Notes under the pieces: generated by a model
Seen by the model: the letters and a program-made list of their open reading frames with translations, nothing else
Told to the model about the DNA's origin: nothing
Database searches by the model: none
Shown: positions 31,609 to 40,210 of the stretch, piece after piece
Layout of the letters: the number at the start of each line of letters is the position of its first letter
How positions within the stretch are numbered: position 1 is the first letter of the stretch
Position numbers and translations under genes: made by a program
Source: an uncultured Sulfurospirillum sp.
GTDB lineage: Bacteria; Campylobacterota; Campylobacteria; Campylobacterales; Sulfurospirillaceae
Direction: 5' to 3'
Length of the DNA: 41,700 nt
Assembly: GCA_964407605.1 (NCBI GenBank)
Contig: CAYOWG010000001.1
Span: 1-41,700 of the forward strand

Positions 31609-32414
31609 TCTCTATTCATCTTTCTTATCACTATAGTGACTATGATGAGCGAAAAAAGAAGTGATATACCAAGTAGCATTCCTGTATCTTTAAGTATGTC
31701 AAACTTAGGTATATCTATATCCATGCCCTGAGCAAACTTATCGATTATTTGGAGTTGTGGAAACACAAAAAACAATGTGGCAACAAGGGCTGTACTGATG
31801 AAGGAGTCAATTATAACAAGTCGATACAAGACTGCACTTTTCATCCAAAATGGTGCACCAAAAAGAGTCATCACTGCCATTCTTTCTCTGTGTTCAAGCA
31901 ACCAAATATTCATCTGCTTAAACATCAACAAAACCGAGATAAGAAGTATCAAAATAGAAAAAACAAGTGCTGTATTTTTAAGTGCTTGGAACATTTTATA
32001 TACTTTATTGTGTGTTTTTAAAAATGTCTCTACTTTTGTAACTAAACCGCTATCCAACAACTCTTCTCTTATGCGCTTTATCTCTTTTTCAGTAGGAAAA
32101 GAGGTGAGTTTCACGGAATAAAACTTAGGGAGAGAATTCTTTAAAAGAGAGATGTTTTTAGAAGATATATTACCTTTTAGTCTATCCAATATTTTTTTAG
32201 AACTTATCTCTTCAATAGACTTTATGCCATTAACTCTACTCTTAATAACTGCTTGCGAGAGTGTTTTTGGAGCTACTACGACTATAGAGTAATCCTGAGT
32301 AAGTTTAAGAGAGTATTCATTCACGATTTTACTAGTCAAAAATGCAAATTGGATAGAAAAAAGAAGAACAAATAATGGAACTATAACTGAAATATGATTT
32401 CTAAGAGACTTCAT
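31605..32414 (-). CDS. ftsX: Cell division permease-like protein FtsX
   Basis: 1 TM, periplasmic loop, 3 TM topology, M-x-LFGA motif, located between ftsE and envC. Confidence 0.88.
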   Translation of the reverse strand: MKSLRNHISVIVPLFVLLFSIQFAFLTSKIVNEYSLKLTQDYSIVVVAPKTLSQAVIKSRVNGIKSIEEISSKKILDRLKGNISSKNISLLKNSLPKFYSVKLTSFPTEKEIKRIREELLDSGLVTKVETFLKTHNKVYKMFQALKNTALVFSILILLISVLLMFKQMNIWLLEHRERMAVMTLFGAPFWMKSAVLYRLVIIDSFISTALVATLFFVFPQLQIIDKFAQGMDIDIPKFDILKDTGMLLGISLLFSLIIVTIVIRKMNRE

Positions 32415-33072
32415 AAACTACCCCACTCTCTAAAAAGAAATGCTTATAATCTATACCCAAAGCTAATGGGATATGATGCGTAACTACAACAACAGTGGTG
32501 CCCAAATGCTCCTTAGCGTTTTTTAGTAAATCCCATATAACCTCACTAGAATACTCATCCAAATTACCTGTTGGCTCATCTGCTAAAATCATAACAGGAT
32601 TGTGTGCTAAAGCTCTAGCCATAGCAACTCTTTGCTGCTCGCCACCACTAAGCTCAAGCGGGTATTTATCTGCCTTGTGTAAAAGCTTGACATGTTTCAG
32701 AAGTTTTTGAGCTTGCTTCACACAAACTCCTCTCGAAAAGCCTCCTATCATAAGAGGTAGCATTACATTTTTCTCCACAGTCCACTCATTTATAAGCCTA
32801 TAGTCTTGAAATACAATTCCCAAATATCGTCTCAATAAGTTTAATTTTGAACTATTTATACTCTTTGTACTAACCCCACAGACACTTAAATCTCCTCTTT
32901 TGGGTATTAGTTCACCATACATTGACTTTAGTATAGTTGATTTTCCGCTACCGCTCTTGCCTGTTATAAAAACAAATTCATTTGGACTTATTTTCATATC
33001 CACTTCTATTATTATTGGCTCATCATTGCCGTAAGCTAGAGTTAGTTTTTCTGCATTTATTACATGTTCCAC
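32401..33072 (-). CDS. ftsE: Cell division ATP-binding protein FtsE
   Basis: GKSGSGKST, VFQDYRL, LSGGEQQRV, ADEPTGNLD. Confidence 0.94.
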   Translation of the reverse strand: MEHVINAEKLTLAYGNDEPIIIEVDMKISPNEFVFITGKSGSGKSTILKSMYGELIPKRGDLSVCGVSTKSINSSKLNLLRRYLGIVFQDYRLINEWTVEKNVMLPLMIGGFSRGVCVKQAQKLLKHVKLLHKADKYPLELSGGEQQRVAMARALAHNPVMILADEPTGNLDEYSSEVIWDLLKNAKEHLGTTVVVVTHHIPLALGIDYKHFFLESGVVYEVS

Positions 33073-34229
33073 AAATATTGCCTTATTAGTTCATGTGCTT
33101 TTACATTATCTTTTGTTGCCAATACATTGTTTGGAAGATATCTTATCTCATTTTTTTTAATATATATATAACTATGCTCATTTCTCTGACTAGCTCCAAA
33201 TGAGACACGCAAAAGTCCCTCATTTTCATTTATCTCATATATTGTCTCGATATGAGCGAAAAAGCCCTCTCCTCTTAGTGTTGACTCTTCAAATCTATCT
33301 CTTAACTCTCTAAACTCAATATTTTCATCAAAACTCAACCTTCCAATATTGGATATCTCCTTGGAAAACTCTTGGTTTATCATTGTAATATCATATATAT
33401 CTTTTTCTTGCTTTTTCCATCTATCTTCATACTTGCTAGCTATCTCCAAGTCTCTGTTCTTATTTACTTGTAGATCAACTTTGGATTGTTTGGTAAATTC
33501 TTTGAATGAGTACTCAAAGTAATTATCACTATCTGTCCTAAGTTCCAAAGTTCCGCCAACACTTAAAACTCTCTTCGACTCATTTATAAACTGCTCACTT
33601 ATAACTCTACGATGTGGTTTTTTATCCCAAGGTACAGGAAAGTGTACAAAAATCTTTTCAACACTATTTGAGCCTAAAAACTCCAAAAATGTCCTTGCAT
33701 CATAATCAACTACCAAGATATTTTCTATGCATTGAAGTTCGCACTGTTTTAAAACCTGCTCTATCGAGGGTTTGTGAATTTCAAGACCGATTAATAATTT
33801 ATCTGGGTTTTTCTTTGCTTGATAAAGAAGATGTCGTCCACTCCCAAAGCCAACTTCTATCAATATATCTTTAGAACATTTAAACTCATCAGCAAAGTAG
33901 TCCATGTCCTTTAGGTATTTAGATATTTTTATGCTCTTATGTTTTTTTGAATCTATATTTGATTTCGTTGTAGTTATTTTACATAAGTCTCTAAAATCTT
34001 TTAAAGCCTGTTGCAAAATTGCAACTTGTGATGGTCTTGTTAGTTTATCGCCTTTAACAAGATAACCATTTGGTTTTTTGTTTATCGTTAGCAGCATATC
34101 AGCCCCTTGCGTATGGCTCATAACTAACTTTTCGCCTCTGCTTGAAGTTGCAACAAACTCAAACTCGCTCATCCCAAACAAAGCTGGATATACAGGCTCT
34201 ACAAAATCTTTTGTATGAAAATTTGGCAT
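33060..34229 (-). CDS. trmB: tRNA (guanine-N7)-methyltransferase, long Campylobacterota form
   Basis: EVGFGSG, FPVPWDKKPHRR, RTD, SKYE. Confidence 0.94.
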   Translation of the reverse strand: MPNFHTKDFVEPVYPALFGMSEFEFVATSSRGEKLVMSHTQGADMLLTINKKPNGYLVKGDKLTRPSQVAILQQALKDFRDLCKITTTKSNIDSKKHKSIKISKYLKDMDYFADEFKCSKDILIEVGFGSGRHLLYQAKKNPDKLLIGLEIHKPSIEQVLKQCELQCIENILVVDYDARTFLEFLGSNSVEKIFVHFPVPWDKKPHRRVISEQFINESKRVLSVGGTLELRTDSDNYFEYSFKEFTKQSKVDLQVNKNRDLEIASKYEDRWKKQEKDIYDITMINQEFSKEISNIGRLSFDENIEFRELRDRFEESTLRGEGFFAHIETIYEINENEGLLRVSFGASQRNEHSYIYIKKNEIRYLPNNVLATKDNVKAHELIRQYLWNM

Positions 34230-34237
34230 ATACTCTC

Positions 34238-35473
34238 TTAATCTTTTGGTATTTCAATTACAATATTCTCTGACTCCCTAGATGTCAGCCCAAACTTGTC
34301 TATAGCGACAATATTGTACTTATATTCAACTCCAGCAACAACATCTGAATCTGTAAAACTACTCTCTTTTATCCCAGTAAAAACCTTTGTTTTGCCTTTA
34401 TATTCTTTGATAACATTATATTTTACTGCCCTATTGTCCTTGCTTTGCCAAGTGATATTTATGCTTCTGCCATCATGATTTAATGATGTGATATAGACTA
34501 TACTTGGAGCTGCAAGTGAGCTTCCCATAACTGCATTTTGCTGCTTTGGAGACTCTAGTCCATCTTTATCAACTGCAGTAACAAGATAATAATAAGACTT
34601 CCCATTCTCATTTATCAAATCTTCGTATCTTGTGTCTCTAGTCTTTGCAAGATAGTTGAAAAACAGCAGAGGATTGATAGCCCTATATACTTTATAGTAA
34701 GAAAAATCTTCCTCAACAGCTGGATCCCAAGTTAAAATTATCTTTTTAGGAACATCCATAGTTGCTTTTAAGTTCTTTATCTCAATCGGAAGAGATTTTG
34801 TACTAGCTTCTACAACCTTACTAGGAAGCGATAATATTCCTTCATGAGTCTCTACTTTTACTCTATATCTATAAACACGATTTGACTCTAGCTCACTATC
34901 GATATACTCCGCACTCAATCTTCCCTCAACTCTAGAGAGTCTCTCCCAATCAGTAGAGCCCAAACTACTTCTCTCAATCACATAAGCAACTACTCTTTGT
35001 GATGAATGAGGTCTCCATATAATCTTAATCCTATTAGGAAGTCCTCTAATGGCCTTCACAAATGAGACAGACTCTATAAGTGGTCTTGTTGTTACGGTAA
35101 TCATTTCACTTAAAGCCGACTCTTTTTTATCTTCGCTAAATGTTGAAAAACGATAGTGATACTGAGTTCCTGGCTTCAATCCTCTATCAGAGTAGCGAGC
35201 AACATGTCTGTCATTGATAGTTGCAAGTCTAGGAAGTCTCCCTGTTTGTTCTTGCGGATTAGAGCGGTATATATAAAATCCAGCAACTCTGCTATCTCTT
35301 ATAGCTTGCCACTCAAATCCAATCTCTGTCATATCAGTCAAATACTTAATCTGCTCTACTTTTGGTAAAGTATGGTCTATAATAGGCTTTTTTGGAGCTT
35401 GTGGAGCAATTGAGCACCCACTAACAAAAAGTACTAAAACGCTCAATGATATAAGTGCTATCCATTTTTTCAT
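34238..35473 (-). CDS. flpA: Fibronectin type III repeat lipoprotein (FlpA-like)
   Basis: Lipobox VSGC and about 4 FN3 repeats (W...Y-x-IYR...Y-x-D...Y-x-Y-x-V). rluD/trmB synteny. Confidence 0.85.
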   Translation of the reverse strand: MKKWIALISLSVLVLFVSGCSIAPQAPKKPIIDHTLPKVEQIKYLTDMTEIGFEWQAIRDSRVAGFYIYRSNPQEQTGRLPRLATINDRHVARYSDRGLKPGTQYHYRFSTFSEDKKESALSEMITVTTRPLIESVSFVKAIRGLPNRIKIIWRPHSSQRVVAYVIERSSLGSTDWERLSRVEGRLSAEYIDSELESNRVYRYRVKVETHEGILSLPSKVVEASTKSLPIEIKNLKATMDVPKKIILTWDPAVEEDFSYYKVYRAINPLLFFNYLAKTRDTRYEDLINENGKSYYYLVTAVDKDGLESPKQQNAVMGSSLAAPSIVYITSLNHDGRSINITWQSKDNRAVKYNVIKEYKGKTKVFTGIKESSFTDSDVVAGVEYKYNIVAIDKFGLTSRESENIVIEIPKD

Positions 35474-36380
35474 CTGTCTCTTCCTTATTAAAATGTTTTT
35501 TCAATATACTTTCAAAATCTTCAAACACAGGAGCTATAACCTGCATAAACTCGCCAGTTCTAGGATGTATCAAGTAGAGTATATATGCGTGCAACATAAC
35601 TCTTGCTATTTTATCTTTTTGGCTCTTAAAGCCGTATAAATCATCTCCTAAAACATGGCGTGATAGGCTATTGAGATGAACTCTAATCTGATGAGTTCTT
35701 CCTGTAAAGAGCTTTGCACCTATAAGTTCTCTTTTCTCATCCTTTGCTAAAGAGAGTTTACAAAAAGCACTTTTTGACTCACGGCCACCAGCCACCACAT
35801 CCATCTTTAGTCTATTTTTTCTATTTCTTGCTATTGGCTTATCTATAACTATATCTTCTTTAAGTGGCAAGTCTATCATCGCAAGATAGTACCTTCCCAT
35901 ACTTTTATCTACAAGTTGCGCTGAAAGTCCTAGATGAGCCTCATTGTTTTTTGCTATCACCAAAGCACCACTTGTCTCTTTATCTATGCGGTGGACTATA
36001 CCATACCTCTCTTCTCCACTTATAGTTGAGAGTGAGATACCTCTTTTTATCAGCCAATCAACTACAGTAGCCTCTTTTACGCTTGGGGCTGGGTGGATAG
36101 TCAAAAATGGTGGCTTATTGATGACCAATATATCCTCGTCCTCATAAAGAACGGCTATATCAAAATCAACTTCATAATTCTCTTTTTCTTTCACAGCCTT
36201 AACAAAATCATATTCAACAACATCATCGATTTTTAGCTTAAAACTACACTTATTCCTCGTTTTACTATTTACTAAAACTCCAACTTCTTTTATGAGTTGT
36301 TTAATCTGATTTCTTGGAAGAGCAAGCTCCTTGCTCATAATCACATCAACTCTTCCAGATTCTTTACATGTAAAGGTCAT
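35421..36380 (-). CDS. rluD: RluA/RluD family 23S rRNA pseudouridine synthase
   Basis: N-terminal S4 domain, NKP, HRIDKETSG, TGRTHQIRVH, LHA. Confidence 0.9.
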   Translation of the reverse strand: MTFTCKESGRVDVIMSKELALPRNQIKQLIKEVGVLVNSKTRNKCSFKLKIDDVVEYDFVKAVKEKENYEVDFDIAVLYEDEDILVINKPPFLTIHPAPSVKEATVVDWLIKRGISLSTISGEERYGIVHRIDKETSGALVIAKNNEAHLGLSAQLVDKSMGRYYLAMIDLPLKEDIVIDKPIARNRKNRLKMDVVAGGRESKSAFCKLSLAKDEKRELIGAKLFTGRTHQIRVHLNSLSRHVLGDDLYGFKSQKDKIARVMLHAYILYLIHPRTGEFMQVIAPVFEDFESILKKHFNKEETDEKMDSTYIIERFSTFC

Positions 36381-36429
36381 TTAACTCTCTTTTTTGTATA
36401 ATCATACATCTAAAACTAAAAGGTTATTT

Positions 36430-37536
36430 TTGCTACAAATAGATAGACGCATATTTACACATTTTGATTTTTTAATTCCTATTTTGGTAATACCCATTGT
36501 AGGACTGTCATTTTACCTGATTAATGAAGCAAATACCACACTAGCCAATAAGCAAATGATTTATTTCGCAGTTGGTTTTTTTGCATTTCTCTTTTTCTTC
36601 CTTATGCCACTTAGAAAAATGGAGTGGATGATACCTTCGTTTTATTGGATAACTATCGCTCTTCTTGTTAGTGTTGAGTTTTTTGGGGTAACAAGACTTG
36701 GGGCGCAAAGATGGCTTGAGATTCCATTTATCAACTTTACCATTCAGCCCTCAGAGATACTAAAACCAGCCTTTGTTCTCATGATTGCCTATCTTATAAA
36801 GCATAACCCACCGCCACCAAATGGCTATAGATGGAAAGAGTTTATCAAGATAAGTTTTTATATACTTTTACCATTTTTTCTCATCTTAAGAGAACCAGAT
36901 CTAGGAACTGCTATGGTTCTTATGATTGTTGGCTACGGCATACTTTTTGTCATAGGTGTCAATAAAAAGATTTGGATTATACTTTTTATCGCTGTTACCG
37001 CAAGTGGTCCGCTTCTATATAGCTCCTTGCATGATTACCAAAAAAAGCGTATAACAGACTTTATATCCGAAAAGCCTAGCTATCATGTAAGACAATCCAT
37101 CATCGCTATCGGTAGCGGAGGTCTTACAGGTCAAAAAAAAGAAGAAGCAACACAAACACACTTTAAGTTCCTACCAATTGCAACAAGTGATTTTATCTTT
37201 GCTTATCATATAGAAAGATTTGGTTTTTATGGAGCATTGGGTCTAATTAGCACTTATGCACTTCTTATTTTTCATCTTATTACCCTAAACTACAAATTCA
37301 AAGAGGACTATTTTGGTCAAGTTGTTACAACTGGCATAGCGCTACTTATATTCGTATATATGGGAGTCAATATATCTATGACAATAGGTTTTGCCCCTGT
37401 TGTAGGCGTACCTCTGCCTTTTTTTAGTTATGGAGGAAGTAGCTTTATAACATTTATGGTATTTTTTGGTATTTTACAAAACTTGCTAACTTTTAGGTTT
37501 GATAGAACCTATAGCACTGTCAAATATAATATTTAA
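36430..37536 (+). CDS. rodA: Rod shape-determining SEDS glycosyltransferase RodA
   Basis: GAQRW, QPSE, PDLGT, IGSGG, P-x-x-GVPLPFFSYGGSS. Start moved to TTG 36430 (AAGG SD). Confidence 0.93.
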   Translation: MLQIDRRIFTHFDFLIPILVIPIVGLSFYLINEANTTLANKQMIYFAVGFFAFLFFFLMPLRKMEWMIPSFYWITIALLVSVEFFGVTRLGAQRWLEIPFINFTIQPSEILKPAFVLMIAYLIKHNPPPPNGYRWKEFIKISFYILLPFFLILREPDLGTAMVLMIVGYGILFVIGVNKKIWIILFIAVTASGPLLYSSLHDYQKKRITDFISEKPSYHVRQSIIAIGSGGLTGQKKEEATQTHFKFLPIATSDFIFAYHIERFGFYGALGLISTYALLIFHLITLNYKFKEDYFGQVVTTGIALLIFVYMGVNISMTIGFAPVVGVPLPFFSYGGSSFITFMVFFGILQNLLTFRFDRTYSTVKYNI

Positions 37537-37537
37537 T

Positions 37538-37565
37538 TTTACTTTAAAGCATAAGTGGATACAAT
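37538..37565 (+). promoter_or_regulatory. Putative sigma70 promoter of the tRNA gene
   Basis: TTTACT-N16-TACAAT ending 17 nt upstream of the tRNA. Confidence 0.45.
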
Positions 37566-37582
37566 GTCAATTCCGAAAATAG

Positions 37583-37659
37583 GGGTTCTTAGCTCAGTTG
37601 GTTAGAGCTCTCGGCTCATAACCGAGCGGTCATTGGTTCGAATCCAATAGAACCCACCA
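37583..37659 (+). tRNA. tRNA with CAT anticodon, most likely tRNA-Ile2 (lysidine-modified)
   Basis: Acceptor GGGTTCT/AGAACCC, D arm GCTC/GAGC, anticodon arm CTCGG-CTCATAA-CCGAG, T arm ATTGG-TTCGAAT-CCAAT, encoded CCA. Paired 1:72 and lack of GGG/CCC in the anticodon stem exclude the initiator. CGG-CTCATAA-CCG is typical of Ile2. Confidence 0.95.
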
Positions 37660-37669
37660 TTTTCTTTAA

Positions 37670-37959
37670 CTAATTTTCTTTAGTTTTGTAACCTTTTGTA
37701 GATATTATTTCCATATAAAGGCTCTCAATCCCCTCTTCGTTTGCTTCATCGATATGTTTTGTTATATCAAGAAACTCTATAGCCTGAGGCTCTTCACTGT
37801 TTTTAGCAAACTTACACTTCAAGTCCCAAAAATCAACATCTTCAGGTAGTTTTTTCTCTTCTCTCTTTTTATGTACTTTCTTATCTCGTACTTTATGGCA
37901 TCAAGTTGTCTTGCTGGATTTTTATTACCCTCTTTTAGTTTAAAGACTTTTTTCATCAT
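37670..37959 (-). pseudogene. DUF6172-like small protein split by a one-base loss in an A-run
   Basis: MMKKVFKLKEGNKNPARQLDAIKYEIRKYIKREKRK, then in the -1 frame KLPEDVDFWDLKCKFAKNSEEPQAIEFLDITKHIDEANEEGIESLYMEIISTKGYKTKEN*. Break at the T6 run 37850-37855. Family assignment is from memory of the KYIKRERRK-x-LPEG-x-DFWDF motif. Confidence 0.75.
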
Positions 37960-38177
37960 ACATCTTTATATCTTTTTCTATGCTCTCACCCCATAAAACA
38001 TAAGCACACTTTCTAGTTGACTTAGTCTCGCCACCTGCTTTTTGCCCTCTTGTGTTAGATGATAATCTCTACTCTTTTTTTCAAGATATCCCATCTGAGT
38101 TAACTTTTTATTTAATTCGTTTGTTTTTATCTCTAACTTTAGAGCTAATTTTGAAGTTGTTAATTGTGTTTTTTCAT
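37940..38177 (-). pseudogene. Small HTH/winged-helix-like protein with two apparent one-base losses in A-runs
   Basis: Adding one A at 38169-38174 and one at 38039-38043 restores MKKTQLTTSKLALKLEIKTNELNKKLTQMGYLEKKSRDYHLTQEGKKAGGETKSTRKCAYVLWGESIEKDIKMYDEKSL*. Confidence 0.6.
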
Positions 38178-38191
38178 ATAGTCGCCTTTGT

Positions 38192-39445
38192 TTATAAAAT
38201 CTCTATCGCTTCTTTGATTCCTCGAAGAAGCACATCTATCTCTTCTTGAGTGTGAGTAAAGTGTATGCTAATCCTTATCCATCCTGGTTTCTGCTCAAAA
38301 CTTTGTCCATCTTCAAGCCCAAGCAAATCATGCCCATAAGGTCCAGCACAACTACATCCTGCTCTTGTTTGAATATTGTATTTATCTGAAAGATACTGTG
38401 ATATATCGTAGGGATTTATGCCTTCAAAATTAAGTGAAAAGATAGGAAGCTTCTCTTGCTCATAACTACAGTAAAGCTTCACGCCCTTCATCTCTCTTAT
38501 CTGCATTCCAAAGTACATTTTTAGCTCTTCATCTTTTTGCTTTATGACATCAAGTCCTATCTCGTTTCTAAGCTTGTATGCCAAAGATGCCCTTATAAAC
38601 TGTATGATTCCAGGAGTACCAGCATCCTCTTTTTGCTCAAAATCACTTAAAAAATCGTGAGATACTCTTGACACATAAGCAACTGTTCCACCTCCAGCAA
38701 AAGTAGGTTTATCGTCCTTGCATAACTCTTTTTTTATAACCAAAAGTCCACAGCTACCTACTCCACCTAAAAGCTTATGGGGAGATAAAAACAGCACATC
38801 ATAGTACTTGCAATCTATATTCATATACGCAGATGCAGCTGCCCCGTCACAGCATAAAATCCCATTGTATTTTTTTATAAGCTTATATATCGACTTATAG
38901 TTACTCAAAACTCCAGAAACATTTGAAGCAACAGAAAACGAAGCAATTATCTCTCTGCCTGGACTCTTCTTCAAATAATCCTCAAGAAATTCCAAATCAA
39001 TACACTCATCTTTGCCAAGTGGAACTCTTACAACCTCACACAAACCCTCACGAAAACTTATCTCATTTGAGTGATGCTCATAAGGTCCTATAAAAACTAA
39101 AGGTATATTTTTTAGCTCAATCTTATATCTTCGTCTTGTTGCTGGAGGGATATAAATACCCATAAGCTCTTGAAACTTCTTGATAGCCCCTGTTGCACCA
39201 GTCCCAACAGGGAGAACATAAAAACTGTTATCAATCTCTAATGATTGCTTTAAATCTTCTCTAGCTTTTTCGTACAAACAATTTGTTGTTACTGCATTTG
39301 AAGATACTTCTGAGTGAGTGTTAGCGTATGTTTTTAGTATATCTTGTATCTTTTTTTCTATTGGCTTATAAGCCAATCCTGAAGCGGTATAGTCAAAGTA
39401 CAGTATGTCATTTTTAATTATTATATTTTTTCTGATATTTTCCAT
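38192..39445 (-). CDS. Aminotransferase class V PLP enzyme, cysteine desulfurase-like
   Basis: YFDYTASG, EHHSN, SPHK (PLP Lys), GTP, RAGCSCAGPY, RIS. Confidence 0.9.
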   Translation of the reverse strand: MENIRKNIIIKNDILYFDYTASGLAYKPIEKKIQDILKTYANTHSEVSSNAVTTNCLYEKAREDLKQSLEIDNSFYVLPVGTGATGAIKKFQELMGIYIPPATRRRYKIELKNIPLVFIGPYEHHSNEISFREGLCEVVRVPLGKDECIDLEFLEDYLKKSPGREIIASFSVASNVSGVLSNYKSIYKLIKKYNGILCCDGAAASAYMNIDCKYYDVLFLSPHKLLGGVGSCGLLVIKKELCKDDKPTFAGGGTVAYVSRVSHDFLSDFEQKEDAGTPGIIQFIRASLAYKLRNEIGLDVIKQKDEELKMYFGMQIREMKGVKLYCSYEQEKLPIFSLNFEGINPYDISQYLSDKYNIQTRAGCSCAGPYGHDLLGLEDGQSFEQKPGWIRISIHFTHTQEEIDVLLRGIKEAIEIL

Positions 39446-39464
39446 ATAGCATTATACTGCAAAT

Positions 39465-40154
39465 TTACAAATATCTCTTTAAGGTTTTAGCTATTTTTAC
39501 TATAGCCGTCGTCGCTTCTTCGTAGTAAACTTCATCAAAACACTCTTCATTGATAAGGTTGGATTGCTCTAAGTTATTGAGTATATTATACTGCGCCCAT
39601 TGACTAAGCATATCTACATTTATAACCGCTCCACTAGTCCCGATACAGACAAATACCTCGCAATCTTCTAGCTGTTTATATAGCTCTTCATACATAGGTG
39701 CGGGCTCGCCAAAAAAGACTACGCTTGGTCTTAGTCTAGCTTTACAAATAGAGCATTTTTCATCTCTGTCTTGTTTTGTATACCCAATATCCTTGATATA
39801 ACTACACTCCTCACATCTAAGCTCTCTTAAAAACCCATGAAGATGAAGCACCTCGCTAGCACCTGCTCTCTCAAACATATCATCTATATTTTGAGTTATG
39901 ATTGAGATTTTATCTGGGTATCTATTTTTTAGCTCCACTATCTTTTTATGAGCCAAATTTGGTTTTTTGTCTTTTATATCTATTCGCCTTGCATCGTAAA
40001 AACTTAGAGTTGCCTCACGATTTGTATCTAAGCAACCAGCGGTGCATATATCAGCTATGTTGTGCTTTTCCCAAAGCCCATCACTATCCCTGAAGGTTGA
40101 TATACCAGACTCCGCACTAACACCAGCTCCAGAAAATATGACAATTTGTGACAT
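39465..40154 (-). CDS. cobB: NAD-dependent protein deacylase, Sir2 class III
   Basis: GAGVSAESGISTFRD, TQNIDD, HLHG, CEEC/CSIC Zn site, RPSVVFFGE, GTSG. Confidence 0.93.
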   Translation of the reverse strand: MSQIVIFSGAGVSAESGISTFRDSDGLWEKHNIADICTAGCLDTNREATLSFYDARRIDIKDKKPNLAHKKIVELKNRYPDKISIITQNIDDMFERAGASEVLHLHGFLRELRCEECSYIKDIGYTKQDRDEKCSICKARLRPSVVFFGEPAPMYEELYKQLEDCEVFVCIGTSGAVINVDMLSQWAQYNILNNLEQSNLINEECFDEVYYEEATTAIVKIAKTLKRYL

Positions 40155-40175
40155 AACAAACCCTTAAGATTAAAT

Positions 40176-40206
40176 TAGAGCCAGAAGTTTTTGACTTCTG
40201 GCTCTA
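40176..40206 (-). terminator. Putative intrinsic terminator of the SBP gene
   Basis: Perfect 13-bp stem TAGAGCCAGAAGT-N5-ACTTCTGGCTCTA 4 nt past the stop codon. The U-tract is weak (ATTTAATCTT). Confidence 0.7.
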
Positions 40207-40210
40207 TATT

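Noticed and set aside
39465-40154. SIR2-type anti-phage defence system
   Set aside because: It is a complete class III CobB with Zn domain and no defence partner genes.
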